The position numbers and the translations under genes are program-made. The notes under the pieces were generated by a model, which was not told where the DNA came from, searched no databases, and saw only the letters and a program-made list of their open reading frames with translations. Source: Peribolospora baueri (lineage: Eukaryota). Taken from it: 64,000 bases of DNA. Below, piece after piece: positions 36,421 to 48,438 of the stretch; position 1 is the stretch's first letter; each line of letters begins with the position of its first letter. The DNA lies in NCBI GenBank assembly GCA_029717555.1, contig JAMDHS010000101.1, positions 1-64,000 on the forward strand, read 5' to 3'.

Positions 36421-37731
36421 CGTGCGAGCTGTTTAGCGAGTAGCGAAGTGGGCGGTACGGCGGCACGAGGAGGGAGAAGGAGTGAGATCACCATTGATCC
36501 CTCGGTCTCAGTTTCATGCGGCGTAGCACGGTCTGAAGGTCGAAAGGGAGGGGGGCGTCCTGCGCATCCCTACATGAATGTGGAAAAGAGAAAAGAAGAG
36601 CGTTCAACGCATACTATGCCAGTTGCCCGAACTGGAAGGGGGATGGAGGAGAAGGAAGACGTGGTCTGACGGTTAGGAGGGATGGAAGAAGGGGAAAAAA
36701 AAAAGAAAGAAAGAAAGAAAGTCGACGGTCAAGCTTTACAGTAGCAACGGCCCGGCGGAAGGGAGGTGAAGAAGATTTGAAGCGCCATGGGACGTCGGCC
36801 GGGTTGCGAGGAGGGAGATGGGCTGGCGACGATGAGCACTCCGACCTTCTTCCTCTTCTCCCCCCTTCTCGTCCGTCGGTCCATCCGTCCGGTCACGCCC
36901 ATGTCCGATCGCAGGCTGAAGAACAAGAACGCTGTCTGTAGCTTGGGTCGACCGAAATTCCAAGCCAGAGCAGAGCACAGATGTGACCACTCGAGTCAGC
37001 CCTTCCAAGCTGGAGGAGCAACTTACTTGCTAATAGCCAAGGTTTGAGCGTGAGCGTCACTCGGGCTGGGGCGCGCACGGATCACCATGGCGACCTCCGG
37101 GTTTTTCCTGCAGGACCGTCGGGGATCATCGGATATGCGCGGTCACATCTTAGCGCAGCGCGCCGTTAAACTGGCTGACGTCCTCGGCGTCGAGGCAAAC
37201 CCAGCTGGGGACGAGCAGCAGTAAAGAGGTAACACGCTCAGACGGGCGGGCAAGGGCGAGAGAGAGAGCGCCTCTAGGGCGATGACGACGTTACGACGAG
37301 CGGCGAGCGATGAAAAGACGGACGACAGACTACGGACGACAACGACAATGACAAATGACAACGGCGACGGCGACAACGACAACGACAATGATAACAACGC
37401 ACGAGGATGTGCGAGGTAAAGAGGGAAGAAAGCTAATGTAATGCGTGAGATCGGGACAGACGGACGAACGACGGCGAGCGCGCGAAGAAAGGGTAGGATA
37501 AGGCGAACGGGGGATATCAAACGGAATGCTATGCTACGGAGGGAAGAAAATGAAGCACATTGATCGGAGATGAATGGGGGCCCAAGAGCGAATGGAACGG
37601 ACGAAGGAACAATGTAAATGGGAGACGAGTTGGACGTCGTCGCAGGCGAGTCGGCCCACGTTGCGAAGAAGAGAGAAATAACAAATACAGCCGGAGGAGA
37701 CGTGGGACCCAGGGCGCCATGGCCACGGCTG

Positions 37732-40700
37732 TCACCCGACGAACATGGGCGCCAGGGGTCCGCTCAACCCACCCCAGCCAGCGCCGACAGGGCTAGGCGC
37801 CAGACCGGCCGCGGCGGGCGCGCCCGTGTTGCCGCCATGGACGCCGCCGGCACCATAGGGCGAGAAAGGGTCATCGCTCATGATGCTCGCCGCACTGGCA
37901 GCGCGGGGACGACCGCCGCCTTGGTCCGAAGCCGGGGCGAGCGAGTGCGAAGAAGCGGAGGGGCGCAGGTGATGAGGGGACGAGGGGCGGACTGTGGCTG
38001 CATTGGAGCCGGAACGCTGAGAGCGGAGACGGTGGTCCAGCCTTGCTTGCCTAGAGACGGTCCTGCCGCTCGTGGGCAAGAAAAGCCTGAACGTGGAGAC
38101 GGGAAAGGGAGGACGGGGGTCAACACGTGCTTCGAGGGCGCAGAACGCAGCCGAACCGTCGTGACAAAAGCCGACGGCGCACGCACCCCTTGTCCTTGGC
38201 CGAAGCGACCGATCTCATCTTCCTCGGCATATTGTTCGGTGCGGGAAACGGCTCGGGCAAACCGACGAGCGGGCCAGAAGAGTGGAAGAGCTTGGGCCGG
38301 CAAGACTCGTCCTTGTCCATGATGACAGAGTTGCGGAAGTGCTCGATCAACGCCTCCTTGCCCTGGATGTTGGCGTACGAAGCGAGCATCACCTTGTCGC
38401 TCCTGAAGCAGTTCCACCTCTGCCCCAGCTTCGCCTTCAAAAAGACGAGAAGCGCGTCAGGGCTGACGAGGTTCAAGAAGGCGTAACCAACACCACAACC
38501 GGTGGCAAAGTCGCGGCGGAGGTAGACAAAGTCGTAAGAACGAGGGACGACGGCGTCGATGAACGCCATGAGCATCTTGTCGTCCATCCTGTTGGGAATG
38601 TTGCGGATCATGACCGTTGTCTGTGCGCGCGACGATGTGAGCGGAAGGAGAGCAAGCGCTGTCAGTGCGGGTCGAGCCGAACCAAACACGACCGGGCCCG
38701 CCCGGCCCTCGGCCTGACTCACTCTAGTATCTGCCCCCCTCTCGACGCGCTCCAGACTGATCTGATTGTGTTTCGGCACGCCAGCATTATTGAGCGCGAC
38801 GAGATCGACACCGGCGACGACGTTCTGTCTTCCAAAGCTCGCGCTGTAGATCGCTCCCGCTCCGGCCGCGGCTCCGAAGCCGGTGAGCGAGCGGGGCGAG
38901 GAGCTGGCAGGGCTGAAGGGCAGCAAGGGAGGCGCGGCAGAGTAGGGTACGTAGGGTGCATGGGTGGGCACGTACGAGAGTGATTCAATCGGAGCTCTCC
39001 AAAAGCCGGAGGCGTCCCCGCCGCGGTCGCGGCCGCCAAAGGATGACGAGCCGTCCCCCTCGTCGTACCCTTCGCTGCTCTTCGACATCGCCATCCACCG
39101 GGCGTCGTCCTGGGGAGCAGAGGCGTTGAGGTGCATTCCGAGCTCGGACGAGGGCGAGGAAACGCTCCAGAGATCGTTCCCGTTCCGCTCTCCGCCCGAG
39201 GTCGCAGCCCTGTAGCGCGGGGGCGGGCGAGACGGGGGAGAAGAAAGATGATCGTAGACGCTTCCGCCGGCGCTCCATACCGTCCCGGTGGGACTAAAAG
39301 GAGCGGGGAAGCGCTCGTAGCCGTCGAAATCGATCGACAGCGGTGCCCTCACGCCCGTGGTCGGGTCGTACACGCCGAAGGGGTACGATCCCGTCGACCC
39401 GCGGCGGAGATGTCCTTCGGCGTCGAATGCGCCTTGTTGGTCGTGCACGGGGGACGCATGCGAAGAGCTGCCATCGAGCTTGTCGGATAGGCTCTTGGCG
39501 TTGAGGTGGTGGTGCCGGTACGACGACGCGGAAGTCGAGCAAGTGGAGCCGCCGCTCTGGAGACGCACTTGGAGCACGCAACCCTACGAGGACGATGAGC
39601 GGTAGAGAGCTGATATGAGTTCTCTTCCGATGGTGAAGAAGAAGGAATAGCGAAAAAAAGCGTGCGACTCACATAAACGACCTTTTGCTCCAGCTCAAGC
39701 GCGGCGCCGGCCGCCTTGTCGTCAGAGAACCTGGCCCTGAACACCTTGGTGGCGCCGTCGGCGGCGGCATACCTCGCGTCTATGGCCTCCTCCGTCAGAC
39801 GCTCCAGCTCTCCGTACGGCGACAAGAGCCTGTGAAGGGCACTACCGTCGAGGTGGGCGGAGGAAGGGCCGTGGGCGAATATGACGATTTCCCTAGCGGT
39901 GGCGGCGGTGGAGGCAGTATCCGTCCGGGAGCGACCGGCGCGGACACGAGACTGGCTCATCCACAGCATCTCGGGCAACACGTCGGGAACGGCGGGAGCG
40001 GCGGCGTTGCCGTCGACTGGGGTGGAATGTTCGGTGGTGAGGGCCAAATCGTTAACGCGCTGAACGAGGTCGGACACGTTCGATCCGGGACTGGAAGCAT
40101 AGCCGCGCGAACGAAGAGGCGAGACGGGCGAGCGAAGCGCCGGCGCCGGGGCGCCCGCCGGGGGAGCGCTGTCGACATCGAACAAAGGACGGGGTACGAA
40201 GACGCCGCCGCCGGCGCTGTTGAAGGCCTTGCGTCCCGCGCGGCTGGGGGTGGCGCCGAATCGAACGGCCTGAGCGAGGTCGAGGGAGAAGTCGTTGCCG
40301 TTGCGCTCGCCATGGCGAAGGTCAAAGGTGGAGAGGGAAAGCGAATCGAGGAGAGACGTGGTCGTGGCCATAGTCGAAGGCGGCGACGACCTCTGCTTCT
40401 TGGGCGTGCCGGTGGCAGAGAAGGAGCCGAGCGGGGGCCTGGCGGGATCGAACCTCGGTTCGTCGTCATCTCCGTCGGCGTAGAAGTGAAAGGGCAAGGG
40501 GACGGGGACGCTGCGGGAGGAGGAGGGCGCTGAGAAGTTGACGGGAGGCGAAAAAGGGGTGACGGGAGAGCGTTCGTCGATAGTGGAGCCGGAAGCGGAG
40601 CCCGAGTTGGAAGGCGCCGAGCCAGCCGAGCCGGGCTGACGCTGGCGGTGATGATGATAATGATGATGATGATGACGATGGCGACGGGCGGTGCCGCTAT

Positions 40701-41411
40701 GGCCAGGCAGGGCCGACGCCAGCGTGGGCACCTGGGCCACGCCGTCACGGTCGTGGGCGCCGCCGTGGCGCTCTGCAGGCATGGAGGGCCACTCTGCTGA
40801 GGAGCCGGGGATGGTGGCAGAGAGCGGAGGGGAGGAAAGAGAGAGGGCGAGGCGCATCCAGCCATCGTCGTCGGCGATGCCGGAGACGAGTCCGACCATG
40901 CCAGCGGGGAGGCGGTCGACGCGACTGGACGGCTGGGAGCCTTCGCAATCCGAGGAGGAGAAATGAGAGTCGGAGTGAAGGCTCGGGCTGGGGCGGGCGG
41001 GGGCGGAGGAGACGGAGGAGATGGGCGACGAGCTGACGAGATGGTGGTCCATATCGGCGGCCGACTCGACGGCATCGGCGAGGCCGTTACGGAGACCGAG
41101 GAGCTCGAGTCCGAGGGCGTTGCCCATGCCGGCGCGTCTCGCGTTGTCGGGACCTCTTTCGGTAGTACCTTGATCTGTGCTCGTGGCGGTCTGTGGTTGG
41201 CGGCGAAAAAAAGAGGACATCCGAGCGGCGTCAATGCGCGTGAAGTGAAGCGCTTTTACGAGGGCTCGTCGTCGCTCACCTGCGTCGACACATCCTCGGC
41301 GCCGCTGGAGGTCTTGTTGTCGGACAAAGGGGCGGCAGACGCAGGGACAAAGCTCTTGACGGTCGCCGCAGCTCCGGCCTTGAGCGCGGCCCACGGAGAG
41401 GTAGTGGCCAT
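37732..41411 (-). CDS. Mei2-like RNA-binding protein (C-terminal RRM_2 domain), multi-exon
   Basis: QISLERVERGADTR|TTVMIRNIPNRMD..YDFVYLRRDFATGCGVGYAFLNL..WNCFRSDKV..SYANIQGKEALIEHFRNSVIM..RPKLF is a Mei2 RRM3 signature. A degenerate RRM lies near 39.7-39.9 kb. Start inferred at ATG 41411 (MATTSPWAALK), followed by a phase-0 intron. Confidence 0.88.
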
Positions 41412-42267
41412 GTTTGGGCGGGCTAGGGCGAGGGAGGAGCAGAAGAAAGGGCCCGGAGGGAGGAGAACAAGAAACAGAAGAGATGAGGCGAGCTGGACAA
41501 GAAAGCTCGAGCCGTGACGAAGGGGAGGAGGGTGGTGGTCAAGAGGAGGGGGGCGAGCGGAGGAGAGGGCGCCGAAGTCAGAGCGACGAAGAAAGGGAGC
41601 GAGGCGAGCGGACGGGGGCTGGGCTGACGTCGCTGGTCGGGGCCGGGGAAATAGATTAGTAGGGGCGAGGGGCAGGGGGCGGCAGGGTGGGGCAGAGAGG
41701 GGAGAATCTAGTGGGTGCTAGAATGGCCCGAAGGAGTGGGAGTGAGACTGGCGACGGGGGCGGGGATGGTGACGGGGATGACGAAGGGGGAGGGGAAGAT
41801 GGGAGAGGTAGAAGGAGAGGGAAGAAGGAGGAAGAGAGAGGAGGAAGAAGGTGGGGGAAGAAGGTCAAGGTCGGAAGACGTGGAGGACGTGCCGGGCGGT
41901 GGTGGTGGAGTCTTATATATTCGGTGGGAGGAGGTGGAGAGGAAGGAGGAGCGGGGAGAAGAGCGAGGCAAAGGAAGAAGACATCGGCGATTTCTATCGA
42001 GAAGAAACGTCGATGATGAGGAACGACCACGATGACGGCGGCGCCAGCGGCGAAGACGACAGCGAAGACGACAGCGAAGACGACCACGACCACGACCATC
42101 GACCATCGACACGCGCTTGGACTCGGAACTCCGACCAAGGTTGGAGCCCAGGGCACGTATGTAAACCCAGGAGAGCGCTCTCTCTCCGCTTCTCATCCGC
42201 CCCATCTCACCCACATCGGGCCCGGATACGCAAGTGGGAGCGTAGCGGACGATCGCCGCCGACGGCC

Positions 42268-42333
<66 letters not shown>
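42268..42333. repeat. (GAGATGC)n heptanucleotide tandem repeat
   Basis: About 9 perfect copies, directly visible. Confidence 0.95.
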
Positions 42334-44269
42334 TCCGCGGTCACCCGCTTGCGCATGTACGGGGGACGTCGTAGCTAGATAAGGGAGAGGGAGCGAAGCG
42401 GATCCAGCCAGTGGAGGGCGATGGCGACGTCGAGGCGATGCGATGGCCAACAAGCGATGAGTCGTCCCACGCACCTCACCTTCACCTCCGCGACGTGTGG
42501 GCTGGGCTGGGCCACTCCATTCGACCGACGTTCGACAGACAGACGATGCCATCTCGAGACGACGCATAGATGCTGAGGGACGGACGGACTAGTCAGACTG
42601 ACTGACTGACCGACGGAGGGAGGGAGGTGACCTAGCCGCCCCCGTGCCTCCCTCCGTCCGTCACTAGACTCCCTCCGTCCCTCGCCCCTCACCGCTGGCC
42701 GCCTTCCCACTTCCCACCCATGCGCCCTCCTCCCTCCGCCGATCGGCCCATTCGCACCCCGGCGCCGCACCCCGTTGCCCCTTGCCGATCGATCTATCTA
42801 TCTATCTATCTATCGTCCACGTCGGCGGAACAAAAAACAAAGCGGGAGGGGCGATCGGGCGAAGGGCGAAGGGAGGGAGGGAGCGGGTGAGGGACGAGAG
42901 TAGCGTCGTCGGCGTCCAAGTCCAGCACGGAGGTGGGCGGAGGGAAGGGGAGAAGGCAAAGTAGAGTTTGGATTGGGGACGGCTAATCGAATGGATGAAA
43001 GACAAGTGTGGCGTCAGACAGAAAGAGAAAAAGCAGGCGCGCGTCGGAATGGCACTCGCTCTCGACCTTGCTTGCGCGTCTCGGCTCCGCGCCGGCTGCA
43101 TCGCGCATCGTGGGCACGCCCCATCCGTTCACTCGGTCGAGTCGTGAGCGGGCGAGGCACGGACGGACGGAAGACCGCACACCGCCCACGGCGAGCGCAA
43201 GCAAGGCACCCCGTCTGGAACTCGCGCCACTGCCCTTGCGGGGGAAGGGAGGAGGAGAAAATGAAAATGAAGCGCGCCTCGACGTGACGACATCCGACCG
43301 ACCGAGCGACCGAGCGATAAGGGGTAGAGGTGGGCGGTTAGTATAATTGGTAAGAAGCCATTTATCCCATCCCCATCCCATCCTCCCCTGAAAGCTTGTC
43401 TATCAGTCTGTCAGTCTGTCAGTCTGTCTGTCCGTCTCTCCGTCTGTCAGTCGTCTGCCCGCCCTGCCATGCCGTGCCCATGCTATCCATCCATCCATCC
43501 ATCCATCCATCCATTCATTCATTCATTCGTCCCTGCCAGCCCTCCGTCTCTCAATCCATCCATCCATCCAGTCGCCCATGCCCCAAGGCAAAACGCGTTT
43601 CCCTTTGAACGGGCATGACCGACCATAGATCACGCATGACATTACGCACGCCCGCCCGCCAGCTCAGCTTAGGACCGGCCACGTACACGCGCTTTCCGCC
43701 GGCTAGGCTAGGCGCTCGGGGCAGCAAGGGAAAGCAAGGAAAAGAGAAGCAAAAAAAAAAAAGGGAAGGGAAGGGAAGGGAAGGGAAGGGAAAGCAAATT
43801 CACTCGGCACCGCGACGAGCCCCTTGCTCGTCCGCTCCCTACGCAGTCAGTTCGTCGTTCGTTCGTTCGTTCGTTTCCGCCCTTCACTCAGTCGGAGCCT
43901 GCATCTTCTGCGCGCGCCGTCCCTTGCGCCAGTCGAGGTCCGGTGGGAAGCCAGAAGAACAAGGCACGCGGGAACGGACGGCCTGGTCTCGCTGCGGCAA
44001 CAACTGCGGCGAGAGAGAGACGTGCGCGTGTGGTTGAGTCCCACGGACATCGATCGGATCGTTATCTCAGGTCTTGTATTCTCTTCGACCACGGCCGCTA
44101 TCGACGTAGAGTAAAAACAACAACAACAAAAGATAGATGCGCCGACGAGGAGGTCGCGAACGAACAGACGCGGGAATGAATGACAAGGAGACAGCGAACG
44201 ACGATGACAGACAGCCAGACCAGACCACGCGAGACGAGCCATCGGACGCCCGCTTCCACCCACCCCCCT

Positions 44270-46085
44270 TCATGCGAACCCGAAACCCTCGCTCCCCTCG
44301 TTGATGGCGAGCAGCAGCTGCGACCGGAGCATATCGTACGACGTGTACTGCGGCAGGTCCAATTGGTTGAAACTGGTGGTACCGGCGACGAGAACAGCCA
44401 GCAGTAAACTCCGTTAGCCCCCTAAACATCCTCATCTCGTCTCGCCTCCTCTCGTCCGCCACCACTCACCACGTGTGCGCCGCCGGCAGTCGATCGTTCC
44501 CGTACGCCTTGTGAATGTTGAACTTTTGCACGCCGTTCACGCCCTGCAGGTTGGAGAAGCCCTCGAGGGGCACCTTGCTCGTCCCCGTCACAAACTGCAG
44601 CAGCTTGGCCCGCTCAAACTGGTCCAGGCTCCGCACCGCCCTCCACCACCACTGGATCACCGCCTCCGAATGGCTGTACCCATGCAGGTCCGTGTTGTTC
44701 TTCCAGCTGTCCACGTCAATGTCCGGCAGGCCCGAGATCAGCAGCTCCATCTCCTGCTCCGTAAAGATCTGGATCAGCTCGCGAGGGATGATCTCGTGGA
44801 AGCCCGTCAAGAACGCGTCGATCTGCTCCCGGATGCTCTTCGTCAGCCGCTGCTCCGTCACCAGCTTGACGTACTCGTGCTTGTTCTCCTCCGTCACCGC
44901 AATGTTCGACCCGTTCGGCTTGAGCTCGATCGTCTTCGTCTCTCCAAACTCCTCCGCCTCTACCTCAAACGTCAGGTCCATCACGTCCGTAATGTCGTTC
45001 TCCAGCATCCACTCCAGGCTCTTGTAGTACTCCGGGTCCACGCTCTCCACGTCCTTGTAGTCCACCGGCCGCCCGAGCATGTGCTTGTAGAACGACCGCG
45101 TGAAATAGGCGTCCAACAGCCGGCCGTCGTAGATCGCCTTGCCGATCACCCTTCCGACAAACTCGAAAAACCTCAGGTGCTCGCTGTTCACGTACGACGC
45201 CCGGTTCGGTTGGTACGTCAGCCGATCCGCCGCGCACGGCTGGAACAGCGCATAGTCTGGGTTGAACATTTGCCGCGCCAGCACTTGGAACCACTCGCGC
45301 GTGACGCCGCCAGCGTCGACGCCCTCCTCGTCGTAGAAGCGCACGCTCAGCTTGCCGTGTTTCACCTCGTTCCCCGTCCGTCGCTGGAGGTAGGAGTACG
45401 AGTCCTCGAACACGTACTGCCTCCGCACCGACAGCGACAACACCGCCTGGTGCTCCCTCCTCCCCTTGTGCAGCTGCTGCGTAAAGTAGTTCCGCTTGTT
45501 GTCGAACTCGAGCACCTTGGGGTTGTGCACGAGCAGCGAAAACGATCCGGACATGAGCGACGGGTTGTTGCGCACCATCACATTGAGCAGCTTGCGGTGC
45601 TGCTCGGTGAACGAGAAAAAAATGTCCTCGATAGACCCCTTGCCTTCCTCCCCGCCTCCGCCCCCGCCCACCGCGTCCGTCTCCATCGCCGTCGCCGTCG
45701 CCGTCGCCGTCGCCCCAATCTCGCCTCCCCGCTGATGCGCCGGACTCGAGCTCCTTCCTCGGGCCGTCATTCTCCTCTCCCCGTTGATCCCGCAAACACC
45801 GACGTGCTTCGATACGACCATGAGCGACTCGATCGTCGGCAGCAGTACCATCGCCGTTTGCGGATCGTCCTGCAGCTTCGACAGCACGTCCCCGAGCCTT
45901 CGCCACAGCGGCGCAAACTGGAAGCTGTCGTAGATCGCAGTCACCTTCTCCGCGTCCGTCTGTCGCGTTCCTCCTCCTGGCCCCGCGTTCACTTCGTCCT
46001 GCACAGCCAAGGCCGTGTCGTCGCCGTCAGCTCGCCGTTCTGCCGTCAACGTCTCTGTCGGCCGTCCCGCCCCTGTCGTTTCCAT
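44270..46085 (-). CDS. TOM1: C-terminal part of HECT E3 ubiquitin ligase Tom1/HUWE1 (pre-HECT helices plus complete HECT domain), ~572 aa if started at ATG 46085
   Basis: [108 protein letters not shown]. An intron at 44469-44373 splits the catalytic Cys codon (TG|T). The last exon is [34 protein letters not shown]. Confidence 0.93.
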
Positions 46086-46409
46086 CGTGCCGTTACGTGG
46101 GGCCGGTGACCGCCGGAAGGAGAGAAGAGTGTGCTTCCAGCGATTGGAGAGAGAGGATACGGCTGCGGGCAATTCGGGGACCAGGAAAGAGCTTGAGAGA
46201 TGAGATGAAAGCGGGTATGGAGAGCGGGTCGGCCGTTGTTTGTGGTGGGAAAAGAAACCAAAGTCGAATGATCGAGCGCTCGACGGTTGCCGCAGCATTC
46301 TGAGAGTCACTGCGACGGTCGACGAGAAGGGCCATCTTCCGGCGTCTTTCGCAAGCTCAGCTCGTCACACACGTTCACCGCTCTGCTCCTCTGACCTCCG
46401 CAATCGATC

Positions 46410-48019
46410 ATGGTAGCTACCGAGAGTTCCTCTGCGGTGGAGGACGTAGCGCGCAGGGCCAAGCGCGCCTTCGAGGCCGGCCAGCTCTTGTCGGACGAGG
46501 AGAGGAGCAAGGCGCTCGACGTGCTCAGGGCGGCGCTCGAGGAGCACAAGGACGACATATTGGCCGCGAACAGGAAGGATATGGAGGTGCGTCCTTCATG
46601 CTGTTGTAGCCGTTGGCCGTTGTTTGCGTTCTGACTGACCGAGATCGCCCTCTGATTCGCTGCTTGCCGCTTCTCTTGCCATCGACCTCGTTCATTATTT
46701 CCGTCCCTCCGCTCGCAGGCAGCCCGAGTGCTGGTATCGTCGGGCGTGCTCTCCTCCTCTCTTGTAAAACGTCTCGACTTGCTCTCCTCTCCTTCCAAGT
46801 ACCCCTCCATGCTGAGCGGCATTACCGACGTCGCATCGCTACCTTCTCCGACGGGCCAGATTACGTACGCAAAACGCCTCTCTGACGATCTAGATCTTTA
46901 CCGCCTTACCTGCCCCATCGGCGTCCTTCTCGTCATCTTCGAGGCCCGCCCCGAGGTCATCGTCAATATCGCCTCGCTCGCCATCAAGTCCGGAAACGCC
47001 GCCATTCTCAAGGGCGGCAAGGAGAGCAGGAACACGGCGGCTGCATTGAGAAAGGTCGTGTCCGAGGCGCTGGCCGGGACAAAGTTGCCGCGGGACTACA
47101 TCCAGATGGTGGAGACGAGGGAAGAGATTCGAGAGTTGCTCGAGCAGGACCGATACATCGACCTCGTCATTCCTCGCGGAAGCAATCAGCTTGTTCGCAA
47201 CATCCAACGCGATTCGAGGATTCCCGTCATGGGACACGCTGACGGCCTCTGCGCCGTTTACGTGGACGAGGCGGCAGAGGTGGACAAAGCGACCAAGATC
47301 GTACTCGACTCCAAGGTGAGTCGTGCTGGTGAAACCGTCGCTCTATTCTTCTCGGTAGCCTTTCCTCGCAACCGACGTCAAATTCTCGTCTTCGTTTGCC
47401 ACAGACCGACTATCCTGCCGCCTGCAACGCCGCAGAGACGCTTCTCCTGCACGCCTCTCACCTCCCTACCCTCTGGCCTCGCCTCGCTTCCTCCCTCCTC
47501 TCCGCCGGGATCACCCTACGATGCGACCCGGACACCCTCGCCGCCCTCCGATCCTCTCCAACCGCCTCCTCCCACCCATCCTTCTCTACCCACGTCCACC
47601 CAGCCTCCGAAGAGGATTTCCACACCGAGTTCCTCGACCTCACCCTGGCCGTCAAGTCTGTCCCCTCCGTACAGGCGGCCATCGAGCACATCAACGAGCA
47701 CTCAAGCCACCACACCGACGCCATCGTCACCCCCTCCGACTCGCACGCCGACCTCTTCTGCAAGGGCGTCGATTCGGCGGGCACCTTCGTCAACGCGTCC
47801 ACGCGCTTCGCCGACGGGTTCAGGTACGGCTTCGGAACGGAGGTGGGCATCAGCACCGGCAAGACACACGCCAGGGGTCCCGTCGGCTTGGAAGGGCTTG
47901 TCATCTACAAGTACGTTCTCCGAGGTCGGGGAGAGCGGGCGCACGTCGCCGGCGAGTTTTCCGACGGCACGCGCCAGTTCACCCACATAGACGTTCCGAG
48001 CGGCAGCGGGCCGTTTTGA
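46410..48019 (+). CDS. PRO2: Gamma-glutamyl phosphate reductase, 3 exons
   Basis: CPIGVLLVIFEARPEV..KSGNAAILKGGKES, IDLVIPRGSNQLV, IPVMGHADGLC, DYPAACNAAETLL (catalytic Cys), and NASTRFADGFRYGFGTEVGISTGKTHARGPVGLEGL. Confidence 0.97.
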
Positions 48020-48438
48020 AAGCGGCTCACGCTCTGCTTTTGCAAGTACCAGTACCAGTTGGAGAGACATGCATCCGCGAGTTGGATCAATCGCATCCTT
48101 TCCCCTTGGGCGGCGCGCCCAAACGATGTGGGCCTTTCGTGAGCCACACAAAGAAAGGGAGAGAGAAAGTGGGATATTGTCTTCAGCGAGGTAAACTAAG
48201 CATTACAAGAAGAGAATCCTGACCGTCCGCCGTCCTCGTTGCCGCCGTCGTATCGTTAACGTCGAATCCAAGAAAACGAGTGCACAGTATAGAGAAAAAC
48301 GATTGTTCGCTCTCCTTCCAGGCCAAAGGCCGGCGACACAGTCGAGGACGGATTGCACCCAACTCCACCTCACCTCGGTGACGGCGAAGACGTGAAGTAG
48401 GCGAGCATGGACGAGCGCCCAAGGAAGGGCTGGCCGCA

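Noticed and set aside
42268..42333. CRISPR-like or telomeric array
   Set aside because: A contiguous 7-mer with no spacers, in a eukaryotic context, and not TTAGGG-like.
44475..46109. 544-aa plus-strand ORF
   Set aside because: Antisense shadow of the HECT exon.
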